Positions 38,567 through 50,979 of a stretch of 64,000 bases of DNA are shown in pieces. The stretch covers positions 16,306,001 to 16,370,000 of the forward strand of contig NW_027361863.1 of the NCBI RefSeq assembly GCF_039654945.1, in the 5' to 3' direction. The translations under genes and the position numbers were made by a program. The notes beneath the pieces are model-generated. The model did not search any database. It saw only the letters and a list, made by a program, of their open reading frames with translations, and was not told the origin of the DNA. The DNA is from Dendrobates tinctorius. Lineage: Eukaryota. Position 1 is the first letter of the stretch; each line of letters begins with the position of its first letter.

Positions 38567-38729
38567 TGTATCATCCCAGAGCTCAGCAGCTGTACCCGGG
38601 CAATCAAGCTACTGTGGATGAGATTCCCTTAGATACAGATGTTTGTGTGCTTAATGAACGCCTGCTCTTTCCTTCATCATGCCTCTGCAGAGATTTAAAG
38701 GGTTGTACCATGTTTGGCAGTTATACCAT

Positions 38730-38868
38730 ATAATAATAATACAAAAAATCTTTATTTTTATATAGCGCTAACATATTCCGCAGCGCTTTACAGTTTGCAC
38801 ACATTATCATCACTGTCCCTGATGGGGCTCACAATATAAATTCCCTATCAGTATGTCTTTGGAATGTC
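38730..38868 (-). mobile_element. 3' fragment of an L2-tailed SINE (same family as 48641-48826)
   Basis: Near identical to 48641-48770. Confidence 0.7.
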
Positions 38869-39164
38869 TAATGGATAGGGGGCAAAACTTCCCAATCATC
38901 TGGTGTCCGACCCTCATTACTCCCAGGAATCGGGGCTATGATTGGAGAGATAGCCGATCATGCCCACATTTGCTCCATTCACATGGGTCTATTCTCTGGA
39001 TTCCTGGGGGTCCCAAAGTGAGGACACTTAGCCCCTATTTTATAGATAAGGGATAACTTCCAGACTTGGTGCAATGCCTTGAATGTTCTTTTTCCTGTGC
39101 TCACAGTTGCCCCTTGCTGAGTTAAGCTTTCTGATATATTGATTATTTTTCCCTTTGTTTTCAG

Positions 39165-39254
39165 GTTCTCGGAGGATTTGATCGGGTTCTCCTGGATGCT
39201 CCGTGCAGCGGAACTGGGATCATCAGCAAAGATCCTTCTGTAAAAACTAACAAG
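39165..39254 (+). CDS. NOP2: NOP2 coding exon 12
   Basis: [18 protein letters not shown] (motif IV Cys) ...KTNK |gtgggt. Confidence 0.95.
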
Positions 39255-39487
39255 GTGGGTGACATATGGGAAGGGGGCTCTCATGAAGAGATTGGTTGGG
39301 TAGACTAATGCCTGTGTATTATAAAGGTCAGTGGTCTCCAAATCTTGTGAACTACAACTCCCAGCATGCCAGGAGTTGTAGTTTGCAATAGGTGGACCCC
39401 CACCAGTTGGAGATCAGTGATTCTGGGTGTGAATTGGGCGTTCTGTGTATTTATATATAATCTGATGTGGTTATCGGGTATTTGCAG

Positions 39488-39610
39488 AATGCACAGGACA
39501 TCCAGAGGTGCGCACACATCCAGAAGGAGCTGATCCTGAGCGCCATCGACTCTCTCGATGCCCAATCTACAAGCGGTGGATTCCTGGTCTACTGTACTTG
39601 CTCTATCACA
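39488..39610 (+). CDS. NOP2: NOP2 coding exon 13
   Basis: NAQDIQRCAHIQKELILSAID...GGFLVYCTCSIT (motif VI catalytic Cys) |gtaagt. Confidence 0.95.
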
Positions 39611-40067
39611 GTAAGTGTCATTACATTTTGGCCTAATACTGTTTTTTGTTTTTTTTTTGCTTCCTGTCACTTAAGCCATTGGCAAACACTAGTCACCTCT
39701 TCCCCCTAGCCTATAGCATGGCTGATGGCAGGCAGCAATAACGTACATTTACAGGGGTTGTCGAACACCTGAAAGAAAGAAAATTTCATCCTTGAATGAC
39801 TTTAAAATAAACTAAGGCATACTTGCTTCTCCGGAGATCCACCCCAGTTTGAGAAGTCACAGCACCGCTGCTGCCTGTGATTGGCTGCAGGGGTAAGTCT
39901 TGTCATTTAAGCACTGCAGCCAAGCACAAGCTGCAGCTGTGCCGTGACTTCCAAATGGAGCAGAAATTGTTTCCAGAGCCGGCACTGACTTCGTGAGCTG
40001 CCCTTGCTGGGTCTGTCATGGCACTGGGATGCAAGTATGCCAAAAGTATGCCATTTTGTGCCTTCAG

Positions 40068-40165
40068 GTGGAGGAGAATGAGTGCGTTGTGGATTATGCC
40101 CTGAAGAAAAGAAACGTGAAACTTGTACCAACGGGTCTGGACTTTGGCAAAGAAGGATTTGTGAA
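40068..40165 (+). CDS. NOP2: NOP2 coding exon 14
   Basis: cttcag| [32 protein letters not shown] |gtaagc. Confidence 0.94.
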
Positions 40166-40278
40166 GTAAGCACCTTGTTGGATCGTTTTTAATGGACAGT
40201 TTTTATGGTCCATTGATGAAATTTATCGGGGGGGCGCCGTGATTTTATAATACATTTTCTTTTGACTCCTTCCTTTAG

Positions 40279-40409
40279 ATTTAAGGAGAGGCGTTTCCAC
40301 CAATCTCTGCGCCTGACTCGCAGATTTTACCCTCACACTCACAACATGGACGGGTTCTTCATCGCCAAACTTCGAAAGTTTTCTAATACGATCCCATCTA
40401 GTAAAGAAG
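40279..40409 (+). CDS. NOP2: NOP2 coding exon 15
   Basis: [33 protein letters not shown] (motif VIII). Confidence 0.95.
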
Positions 40410-40879
40410 GTGAGTGGCTGAGCGTTATCACTGGTGCCATCTAGTCCGGTGCTGTGGGTGAGCAGTTATCACTGATTGGGTGGCACTGTAACATCCAGCA
40501 GACCTAAGTCTGTTTAAGTATAACACGTGTTCCCGGATTTTACATTGATAGATGTAGGATAGTGGTCTGATCACTGGTTCCCCTACCAAAAGGTCTGCAG
40601 GGAAAATCACAGGGCACAATGTGTGATGGGTCCTGGGGGCTTTTTTGTTCCATTCTTCAGGTTGATGAGGCAACCAGGGATTTATCCAATGTGTAACGGA
40701 AAACAAAAGCAAAGTACTAATTCATGTCTTTCAGTTCTTCAGCAATGTTCCCGACATGTTTGCTGTCAGTGAATGAAAAAGTCTACAGAGGTTAAAATGT
40801 CATCTTGAATATTTCAGTGGGCTGTTCTTCTGCTTGTTTTGCAAATTTCTAATCCCATTTATCTTTTCCATTAATGTAG

Positions 40880-41508
40880 CAGAAGAATCCGATGCTGATC
40901 AGACTAAACAAAGTGACCCAGAGAAGAAAGAAGCTGGACAGAAGGATGCAAGCCCCAAACCAGCCACCCAACAACCGAAGAAGAAGCAGAAAGCATCTCC
41001 AGCAAAACCTGGGCAGAAAGCATCTCCAGCAAAACCTGGGCAGAAAGCATCTCCAGCAAAACCTGGGCAGAAAGCATCTCCAGCAAAACCTGGGCAGAAA
41101 GCATCTCCAGCAAAACCTGGGCAGAAAGCTTCTCCGGCAAAACTAGGGAATAAAGTCCCGCTGGTAAAACCTGGGCAGAAAGCTTTTCCGGCAAAACTAG
41201 GGAATAAAGTCCCGCTGGTAAAACCTGGGCAGAAAGCTTCTCCGGCAAAACCAGGGAAGAAACTTTCTCCGGCAAAACCTTGGCAGAAACCTTCTCCGGC
41301 AAAACCAGGGAACAAATCCCCACTGGCAAAACCTTGGCAGAAAGCTTCTCCTGCAAATCCTGGGCAGAAAACGACTCAGACAAAAGCAGAGCCGTCAATT
41401 CCTAAAACAGAGGATCAGGCGAGCCTGACGGATGAAAAGAAGCAGATGTTCATGAAGAAAAAGAAGCTTTTATTAAAAAAAAAGAAAGAGAAAAAGAAGA
41501 GTAAATAG
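40880..41508 (+). CDS. NOP2: NOP2 final coding exon (Lys/Pro-rich repeat tail)
   Basis: Acceptor aatgtag|cag in the correct phase; open to TAG at 41506-41508. The exons sum to 2397 nt (798 aa plus stop). Confidence 0.83.
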
Positions 41509-42920
41509 TATCGCAGACCCCATCCACCATCTCCTGTTCTGCACTGGTCCCTGATCAGTAATCATCCAACCCCATGTATCGAGAACAACAAGCTGGCCCA
41601 CAGGACTCCACAATATGACCAGCGTGTGGGCTCCATACGTGCAAGGTCTTCTCTACACGTGGACTCTGGGAACCAGAGATGCTCTGCAAGAGCTTGGACT
41701 GTCTAGGGCGGGTGAGATGCTCTGCAGGCATGTACTCCATGCCATGGACTCTCTGCTGATTTTGTCATTTGTGACTTTCTTGTTTTATTATAAATTGTAT
41801 ATATAAAAAAAAAAACAAATTGCGTGTGTTGTAAATGTGACATTCTCCACCGACATGTTCTGAGTAGGATTTTTTTTTCTTCAGCTAAGGAAGAATAATT
41901 TTGGATGTTAGTATAAGCATTCATAAGAGTGAACCTCCTATATGGCTCCAGAAAGCAGTAGTGTCTGCTGTCTGGCATCCAGCTGGAAATATTTAAAATG
42001 AACAGTTGAGAGATCTTTCTATTGGTCAATCTAGTATCATCAGCCAATCAGCATCACAGGGGATGGAATAAGCAGTGCTTATTGGCTAAGATGATCTGAC
42101 AGACAGGGTCACCTTCATCATGATGCTCCTCCCAAGTCTCCTTTTCAGCTGAATTCCGAGCACTGAACACCAAAGTCATACATGCAGAAATGTTATTCTG
42201 GGATGTGAAATTGTGTTCAAAGATGAACCATTTTTTGTATTTTACTAAACCGCTTCCACTCGGTGCTATTCCAGGATACTTAGAGCATTGGCTGCAGTCT
42301 CTATTGCCATCAGAGCCACTTGTGTATTAATCCTTCCATAAATCACAGATTATAGAAGTCCATACTGAGTACAGGACAGGGCGTGTTACCCGGCAGCTGT
42401 CGCTATCCTTTACCCTCATTTATGGAAGTCAGCAGCTGTGCCTGAAATAGGAGAATGTGGGATTCTGGGGCGTCACTCGTAAAATATGGACAACCGACGT
42501 CTTCAGTGAGACAAGGGTAAATTCACAATTTCACGAACATGTTGAGCTTCATAAGGCTGGTTTCACATTAGCGTTTTTTAGCGCAGCGCATCGTGCGCGT
42601 CCATGTGCACCTATGTTTAACATGGGGGCGCATGGTCTAGCGTTTGCACGCATTCATATGCGTTTTCGTGCGCATGCGTTTTTTAAGGTGTGCGCCTAGG
42701 CGCGCCAGACGCAACCTGTTGCATTTTTGGGTCTGTCCAACGGCGTAAAAAAAAAAGCACGGAATGCGACAAAATAACGCATTACAGTCTATGGGAACGC
42801 AGGCGTGCACATGGACATGCACACGCATGCGTTTTAAGAGTTAATATGGCTAGAAACTGGATAAGATGCATGCGCCTAAAAAACGCAAACACATGCAAAA
42901 CGCAGTCGATTACATACATA

Positions 42921-44542
42921 CGGTACAGACCAAAGTTTGGACACACCTCATTCAAAGAGTTTTCTTTATTTTCATGACTATGAAAATTGTAGATACATGC
43001 TGAAGGCATCAAAATTATGAATTAACAAATGTGGAATTATATAATTAACAAAAGTGTGAAACAACTGAAAATATCTTATATTCTAGGTTCTTCAAAGTAG
43101 CCACCTTTTGCTTTGATTACTGCTTTGCACACTCTTGGCATTCTCTTGATGAGCTTCAAGAGGTAGTCACCGGAAATGGTCTTCCAACAGTCTTGAAGGA
43201 GTTGCCAGAGATGCTTAGCACTTGTTGGCCCTTTTGCCTTCACTCTGTGGTCCAGCTCACCCCAAACCATCTCGATTGGGTTCAGGTCTGGTGACTGTGG
43301 AGGCCAGGTCATCTGGCGTAGCACCCCATCACTCTCCTTCTTGGTCAAATAGCCCTTACACAGCCTGGAGGTGTGTTTGGGGTCATTGTCCTGTTGAAAA
43401 ATAAATGATGGTCCAACTAAACACAAACCGGATGGAATAGCATGCCGATGCAAGATGCTGTGGTAGCCATGCTGGTTCAGTATGCCTTCAATTTTAAATA
43501 ATTCCCCAACAGTGTCACCAGCAAAGCACCCCCACACCATCACACCTCCTCCTCCATGCTTCACGGTGGGAACCAGGCATGTAGAGTCCATCCGTTCACC
43601 TTTTCTGCATCGCACAAAGACACGGTGGTTGGAACCAAAGATCTCAAATTTGGACTCATCAGACCAAAGCACAGATTTCCACCGGTCTAATGTCCATTCC
43701 TTGTGTTCTCTAGCCCAAACAAGTCTCTTCTGCTTGTTGTCTGTCCTTAGCAGTGGTTTCCTAGCAGCTATTTTACCATGAAGGCCTGCTGCACAAAGTC
43801 TCCTCTTAACACTTGTTGTAGAGATGTGTCTGCTGCTAGAACTCTGTGTGGCACTGACCTGGTCTCTAATCTGAGCTGCTGTTAACCTGCGATTTCTGTG
43901 GCTGGTGACTCGGATGAACTTATCCGCAGCAGCAGAGGTGACTCTTGGTCTTCCTTTCCAGGGGCGGTCCTCATGTGAGCCAGTTTCTTTGTAGCGCTTG
44001 ATGGTTTTTGCCACTGCACTTGGGGACACTTTCAAAGTTTTCCCAATTTTTCGCACTGACTGACCTTCATTTCTTAAAGTAATGATGGCCACTCGTTTTT
44101 CTTTACTTAGCTGCTTTTTCTTGCCATAATACAAATTCTAACAGTCTATTCAGTAGGACTATCAGCTGTGTATCCACCAGACTTCTGCAAAACACAACTG
44201 ATGGTCCCAACCCCATTTATAAGGCAAGAAGCCCCACTTATTAAACCTGACAGCGCACACCTGTGAAGTGAAAACCATTTCCGGTGACTACCTCTTGAAG
44301 CTCATCAAGAGAATGCCAAGAGTGTGCAAAGCAGAAATCAAAGCAAAAGGTGGCTACTTTGAAGAACCTAGAATAGAAGACGTACAGTATTTTCAGTTGT
44401 TTCACACTTTTTTGTTAATTATATAATTCCACATGTGTTAATTCATAGTTTTGATGCCTTCAGAGTGAATCTACAATTTTCATAGTCATGAAAATAAAAA
44501 AAACACTTTGAGAAGGTGTGTCCAAACTTTTGGTCTGTACTT
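42921..44542 (-). mobile_element. Tc1-family transposon, DD38E (Intruder-type), with TIRs of about 260 bp
   Basis: TA-flanked; inverted repeats at about 42921-43180 and 44274-44542. Confidence 0.92.
43076..44134 (-). CDS. DD38E transposase, stop-free but with the natural ATG (44127) one base out of frame
   Basis: HTH, GRPR, WSDESKF, FQQDNDPKH, SPDLNPIE; 38 residues between the second D and the E. Confidence 0.85.
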   Translation of the reverse strand: MYYGKKKQLSKEKRVAIITLRNEGQSVRKIGKTLKVSPSAVAKTIKRYKETGSHEDRPWKGRPRVTSAAADKFIRVTSHRNRRLTAAQIRDQVSATQSSSSRHISTTSVKRRLCAAGLHGKIAARKPLLRTDNKQKRLVWAREHKEWTLDRWKSVLWSDESKFEIFGSNHRVFVRCRKGERMDSTCLVPTVKHGGGGVMVWGCFAGDTVGELFKIEGILNQHGYHSILHRHAIPSGLCLVGPSFIFQQDNDPKHTSRLCKGYLTKKESDGVLRQMTWPPQSPDLNPIEMVWGELDHRVKAKGPTSAKHLWQLLQDCWKTISGDYLLKLIKRMPRVCKAVIKAKGGYFEEPRI

Positions 44543-44574
<32 letters not shown>

Positions 44575-45661
44575 CACACGTATACACACACACACACTAT
44601 GACTTATCTCGGCTAAGATAAAGCCTAGATCCTCAAGCTACATTCACACTATGGGCGTAGCCAGGATCAAACCTGGGGGGGGCAGAACCTCATACTGTTC
44701 TGCAGAATTTCATACTGCACACCTCAGCTGCTGCAGAACCTCATACTGCACACCCCTACACTTGAAAATAAAGCCTGCACCTTAAGAAGATGTGGTGGTG
44801 AATGCAGCCTATTTATTCCAACTATCAATTGATGTTGATGTGTTACTGAAGACGAGCAATGCCTGTCCTGGGCATCCTTTTGGGCAGCTATGAGGTGTAC
44901 CTGACTGGTGCTAAAAAAAAAGGAGTGTTAGTCTGTGTGCTATCCAGTTTTCATTCTTTTTGGTACAGATATGATATGGATAAATGGATATATAGATAGA
45001 GCAGATTTCTAATCTGCTTTTGCTATTGAAAACATTATGAGCTCAAAAACCTTTCAGGTGATGCAGTTTTTTAAAAAAGCTGATCTGCTTTTGCAACTGA
45101 AAAACGTATCCTCAAAAAACGCAGGAAAAACGCCGTGTGTGAATGTAGCCTTAGATCAGGAATAGAACAGCCATTTATAGGGCATTTCATAACTTTCCAA
45201 AATTCCTATGAAAAAATATTCAGCACATTCTGCATTGAACTACTGTACCCAATTTATTATATATTTTAGGAGTCGGTCCATTTTATACCGACTCCGTCTC
45301 CACAGCCCTGGTTTCTAGTGCGCATGAAGCGCTGCGCTAAAAACCACTAATGTGAAAGTAGCCTAAAGGGTTTTTTCCCCAGTTTTTTTTATGGCCATAA
45401 ATGTTTGACTGGTGCAGATGTGGCACCCATATCGTATAAATAAGAGCACCGCGTTACCTTAGCCATGAGAAAACCCAATGATAATTGGTTGGGGGCCTCT
45501 GGGCACTAGGCATAGCCACCTGTATGGACGAGCTGCTGTGATTGGGTAAAAAGTGAAGGATATGTAAGCGCCATGGACCTTTCATGGTGCTGACTTGATG
45601 GGGGTCCTAGTGGTTGGACCTCCTCTGATCCTACATTGATGGTCCCATAGAACCCCTTTAA

Positions 45662-46441
45662 AGGGAATCTCACCCATTTTTAGTGATATCATGTAAAGAT
45701 ATCATTCAATTGTGTGTCACATAAGGATTCTATTAGGACTTTTGATTCCCCCTGACCCTGCACCTTTGATGCATAAATACCTTTTTTATCTCGGTTGAGA
45801 TGTATGTAAATCGCCGCGGTCCGGTCCGATGGGCGGGGCTTATTCGCCTTCCCCTCCTCCCTGTCTTGCTCTACACATTTCTTCGTTCTTCTTCCTGCGT
45901 TCACGTAGTGTTTCCGTGCTTGCGCATTGAAAAGGCCTCCGGCGCTTGCGCAGTATGATTTGCCCAACTGTGGGAAAAGCATATAATCGGTACTGCGCAT
46001 GCGCCAGTATTTTTCAGTATGCATCCGGCGTCCAGGAAGAGTGTCCTGCATGTGAAGACTTCCGGGGCATAGACCGCGCTGAAAAATACCGGCGCATGCT
46101 CAGTACCGATTATATGCTTTGCCCACAGTTGGGCAAACCATACTGCGCAAACGCCGGAGGCCTTTTCAATGCACAAGCGCGGAAAAACTACCGCATCTGT
46201 GATATTCACAGATGAATTTACGTTCAGCAAGCTGAGGAGGGAGGGGGAGAAGGCGAATAAGCCCCGCCCATCGGACCGGACCGCGGCGATTTACATACAT
46301 CTCAACCAAGATAAAAAAGGTATTTATGCATCAAAGGTGAGAGGTCGGGGGGAATAAAAAATTCCTAATAGAATCCTTATGTGACACACAATTGAATGAT
46401 ATCATTACATGACATCACTAAAAATGGGTGACAGATTCCCT
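45662..46441. mobile_element. T2/Kolobok-type MITE, almost fully palindromic
   Basis: ttaa|agggaatct...agattccct|ttca; the arms are inverted copies nearly to the centre. Confidence 0.88.
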
Positions 46442-48640
46442 TTCAATAGGCTGTCCTTCAAGCTAAGAGCCACTTAAGGCAAATTACTTACATTGATTTT
46501 TACGTGTCTTCATCTTTAAGCTCCGAACATGGGTGTGAATATGAATATATGCAATGTCTGCCTCATCTTAAGCTGAGCGGCAGCCTGGCCCTGCAAATAT
46601 ACAATGAAGGTGCTGGTATTTTCTAGATAAATCCTGGGTAAGACTTTCCGACAGTTGAGACCTGGGAGGTCGATCTTTTTTTTCAGACAAGTGGGGTAAT
46701 GAGCTGTGCTATTTTCCATCCCCAGTGTACCCCCACCATGTGTATGGGACTCGGTGCTGAATTTGGTGACTTAGATGCACACAATCGTATTGTCATCACA
46801 AGGTCTCAGTAGTGCAGCCTTAGGCTTTGGACAAAGGGACCAGAAGTGAGATGTTAGGAAAAAGTTTTTCACTTTGTTTTTTTTTAAACATGGCTCCAGT
46901 TTTTGAAAAAAGGCTAACTTGTTTTTATAGTCTTCAGCAACCCTTTTATCTCAAGCAAGTTGTTTTTTTTTGGGCAATTGTGTTTTTCTGCCGACCCATA
47001 GGATTAATTAACTACGGTATAATGCTGTGCAAAAAAAGTGGTGTAAAATGCCTCCATATAGTGGCCTCAGGATTAAATACCTTGACTTCATTTTTAGGAA
47101 AGGAAGTGTGGTGCGTTGTTCTTGCTGTTTTTTTTTTTTATGTTGGAGGGAGGGGGATACCAGCTGGGAACAGATGCAGCCATTGATGGTGGAGGTCGAA
47201 GCAAGAAATTTCTGTTGCCTGCCCCACACAGCCGCCGTCTGCCCCTTACCGTCAAGCAGACGACTAGGAAACTTATAATGCACATTGTTAGAATTTCTTA
47301 GCTTTTTCAAGATCTCTGCTTGCTGTTGAATGGAACACAGAACAACACAGTAAAACAAACGTATAAAAATACTCTGTTGTAAAAAAGTAACAGTAAACAG
47401 CAAGTGCTAGTAAAAAGATGATAAACAGGGTATTTGGTTGATACATTTTTTGCAAAAAAATGTATACTAAGCCGCACTACCAAACGTCAAGGTATACCCA
47501 TCTCAGAGCAGTCCCTAACCGATGTATTTAAAAACCTGACCATGTGTATAGTACTTGTATGGACAGCATTCAGGCAGGTAATGTCCGTTGTGGACACGCT
47601 ATGGAAGACGGCTTTTGTGTGCATGGCCCATAAGGGAGGGGTGGAAACCTCCCCAATCTTGCAAAAACAAGAAGCAAATTAGACTGTGTTTTAGTCTTTT
47701 TGTGGTGTGAACACTGTCATACAAACTTGTTAGCTGTGTGCCTGGCTCATGTGTTTGTTGCTGTTGAATGGGAACATAAATGTCCATACAGATTTAACAG
47801 ATAACGCTGCTATCTAGCGTCAAAACACAGCTGGCCATTTTATGGAAACTTCTGCAAATTTGCAGTGAAATTGCATATTGTTGTGGTTTTCAGATACTGT
47901 GTGATGACTAAGCAGCAGTGGTGTGAAGCCTGACCCTTCAGAGGGCGCTCTGTTAGTTGGACTAGATCACAGCAGATCTTCAATCTCTGGTTGTGACAAA
48001 GGAAAAAAAAAAAAAAATTAGTGCATCCCATTCACTGACAGCAACCAGAGATTTTTGAAAATGACCAGCACATTAGTCTATTGCACAATTTTGACATCAA
48101 TGTGGAGAATCGGCGCTTTCCAGCGTTTGCTTATATTTAGAGGCGTTGCTAAGATTTTACCAAAAAAATAGTTTTTAGGATTTTTTTTTTTTCCCTCTCC
48201 ACATTTTATTAACTGTAATTGCAATGATGTTCAGTGCAAAGGCGGATTCCCTCCATATTGCTAGGTACTAGGAGCGGTACATGAAAACGTTATTTACACC
48301 GGTGGGCATCGGGGCGGGAGGTCCACAGTGGAAATACTCCATGAGAACTAAACCCCAGCTGACGAGGACATGCTGGAAGTTTAGTGTTGATAACCTAATG
48401 CCTGGTTTTACTGATTATTATTTTTTTTCTTTTTATTATTTTTTGCACCTTTCTTTTTTTCAGCCTGGATCTCTGTCTCCGCAGCTCCTCCACCCAGCGA
48501 TTACGGAAGCTGTAATTAGACTTTTTAAGAAGAAACCATACGGGGAGTTTCCTTTTTTTCTCTCCTGTACTTTTTTTTGTACTTTTTATTTTTTTTTTCT
48601 GAGTTATACAGAACAAATGTCAGTCATCCGTCACGAGCTA

Positions 48641-48770
48641 CATAATAATAATCTTTATTTTTATATAGCGCTAACATATTCCGCAGCGCTTTACAGTTTG
48701 CACACATTAGCATCACTGTCCCCGATGGGGCTCACAATCTATATTCCCTATCAGCATGTCTTTGGAATGT

Positions 48771-48801
<31 letters not shown>

Positions 48802-48826
48802 ACGCAAACACAGGGAGAACATACAT
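48641..48826 (-). mobile_element. V-SINE-like fragment with L2-type tail
   Basis: Minus strand gtatgttctccctgtgtttgcgtgggtttcctccgggcactccggtttcctcccac (V-domain-like) and an (ATT)n tail. Confidence 0.75.
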
Positions 48827-49313
48827 TTGTTGCTTGTGCTATTGAAGGTGTCTGAGGCTGTATGGTCGCCCCAAGGGGTCATACATATAAGAGTCGGACA
48901 TTGTGCCGCCATATGGTGCACTGTTAAACTGAGAACTTGACCCTAAATTCATATAGCAGAGTATACCCCTTTAATAACATGTTTTTAGGGGATGCACATT
49001 GACTGTAGCCCCCTTTGGGCGCTGTCAGACAGCTCAGGACTTGTATACAGGTGTGGCACCCCAGTTTTGTAAGTGTCCCCCATTATACTAAATGCACTCC
49101 AGTGCCAGAAGAGGGTCGTATGGTATTACATCCCCATAAAGGACCACATTTACATGTATTTTCCCTGTAGGTGGGTGACACTGGAGCGGTCGTGGTTTCA
49201 GACCCTGGGTAACATGGCTGCCATTACAGCTCCCTGGAAATCCTAGCAATATTGGGGAAGGTTGTCCTTTGTATAGTGCAGCATTATATGAGACTGTTGG
49301 GGGGATATTAGCA

Positions 49314-49386
49314 GTTGCCCCCGGTAACTTGGGATTCTTTCATTTACAAAATGGCGGAGAGCTTGGACCCGGTTGCTATGGGCAAC
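49314..49386. promoter_or_regulatory. RFX X-box and YY1 motif cluster about 1 kb upstream of IFFO1
   Basis: GTTGCCCCCGGTAAC at 49314, AAAATGGCGG at 49348, GTTGCTATGGGCAAC at 49372. Confidence 0.45.
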
Positions 49387-50407
49387 AGCTTCACTTTCCT
49401 TTTCAGACCTCTTTCTCAGTAGGGTCTGCGCTCAGGACCTCACTTTTAACCCTTTGTGTTTCGCTAGGTTTAGATCTTTAGGTGATTTCTGTCATTTGGG
49501 TCTTTTGTACTAAAAATAAAACCTCAAAATTCCCTTAATCCGGAGTCCTGTCATCCAATAAATCTGATAGTCTGGTGCTTGTTTTCGCCACTGAACTTCA
49601 TGTCGGGATCAAGTAAAAGACGGAGAGCAGATATCACCTTATGAAACGTAAAATCCAATAATCCGACACTTAGCCTCCATTGATGCCGGATTAAAGGAAT
49701 CTTACTATGTAAAGAACTCCCCCTTTAAGCAGTGGTTTCTATTATTAGGGTCTTTGATTGCTCCTATAGGTAAGAAGCAGTTTCTATTAGGGGCTTTAAT
49801 TACTTTTCTGGGATTGTGTCAATGTTTATGGGATATCGCCACTTTGTAGATGAGCGTCATGGCGGTAATTAACAGAGTGAAGCAATTGCCCATAGCAACC
49901 TATCAGCTTCCAGCTCTCATTCCTCTTGGGCCATTTTTTCAATGAAAGTTGCTTTCTGATTGGTTGATTCCTCTTCTCTTTTGCAGCAGTTCCAGTACAT
50001 TAGACCCACCATTTGTTATCCTATTTGTTCATGATTTGATCTTTTTGCCCCCCACGTCTCCAGGCCGTGTCCCCCCTATTCCTCCTCTCTCTTCTCTATT
50101 CCTCCCCCACTCTCTGCAGTTGTTCTGTGTGTTGCCTGCGGTGAAGAAAACAGGAATGTTCCCCCCTCTTGCTCCACGTCACAGCTGAGTCTTGTTCCTC
50201 CAGCCCATTCCTCTCCCTCCAGTCATCATATTCTTCTCTTCCTTCCCTTTCCCCTCTATCATCGCTCTGCATTCCCCTCTCCTCCACTAATATCCCTCAC
50301 ACAGAGATGATGTGACTTCCCCTCCCATCACCACCACCACCCCCATCATCCTCCTGCTCTTGCTGGTCCTGTCCCTCCTCTCCGCAGTGCTCAGAATAGC
50401 CCTGGCT

Positions 50408-50979
50408 ATGAATCCGCTATTAACTCCCAATCTTCTCCTGATTTCGTCGGACTCCCCTCTGCAGTCAGGGGACAGCCCCCCATCACCGCCGCAGTCGTCG
50501 CTAATCCTCGGGGCCCCCTATGCCCAGGGTGGGGGGGCTTCGGCTTTGCGCAATGACTTTGGTTCCAACATCAGCGTCTTGAAGACCCTCAACCTGAGAT
50601 TTCGCTGCTTCTTGGCCAAGGTGCATGAACTGGAACGTCGAAACCGCTCTCTGGAGAGGGCGCTGGAAAGAGCCCAAGGAGCAGGGCCCGTCACCAAGGA
50701 CCAAGCTATCCAGACAGGCTTTGTGGGGCCCATTTTACCGCCACCTCTCTTGGGACTCACCCGTCCATCACCAACTCCGCTGCCTCCTCAACCGTGGGTC
50801 TATGGTACACGGAGGCTGATGACCAGGTCCGACGTGGGGTCGGTGGGCACCGGATGTGGCGCTTATTGGGGTCATTCTGACGGGGTCGGCGTTCAGATCG
50901 ATACCATCACCCCCGAGATCAGAGCTCTCTACAATGTGTTGGGGAAGGTCAAGAGGGAGCGAGATGCCTACAAGCAAAG
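50408..50979 (+). CDS. IFFO1: IFFO1 (intermediate filament family orphan 1) coding exon 1; the gene continues beyond the window
   Basis: MNPL..PNL, ALRNDFGSNISVLKTLNLRFRCFLAKVHELERRNR, DGVGVQIDTITPEIRALYNVL; donor AG|GTAAGG; synteny with NOP2. Confidence 0.92.

Larger units (their letters stand above)
42555..45363. mobile_element. Harbinger-type non-autonomous element hosting the Tc1 insertion
   Basis: taa|ggctggtttcacattagcgtttttagcgcagcgc ... gcgctgcgctaaaaaccactaatgtgaaagtagcc|taa; TIR related to the MITE at 2027. Confidence 0.75.

Noticed and set aside
22684-40879. Intronic snoRNAs or scaRNAs in NOP2 (and the SCARNA11 known from human CHD4)
   Set aside because: No convincing paired C/D or H/ACA boxes with terminal stems by eye; an Infernal/Rfam scan would be needed.
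44840-44900. CTGAAGA followed by a hairpin, possible hammerhead
   Set aside because: No downstream GAAA box and no closing stems.
47000-48100. Possible hAT transposase relic (CLAHVF near 47738)
   Set aside because: Only one short motif, with no termini or continuous frame.
50312-50407. Hydrophobic signal-like N-terminal extension of IFFO1
   Set aside because: Depends on a GTG start; the conserved MNPL start is at 50408, so this is probably pyrimidine-rich 5' UTR.
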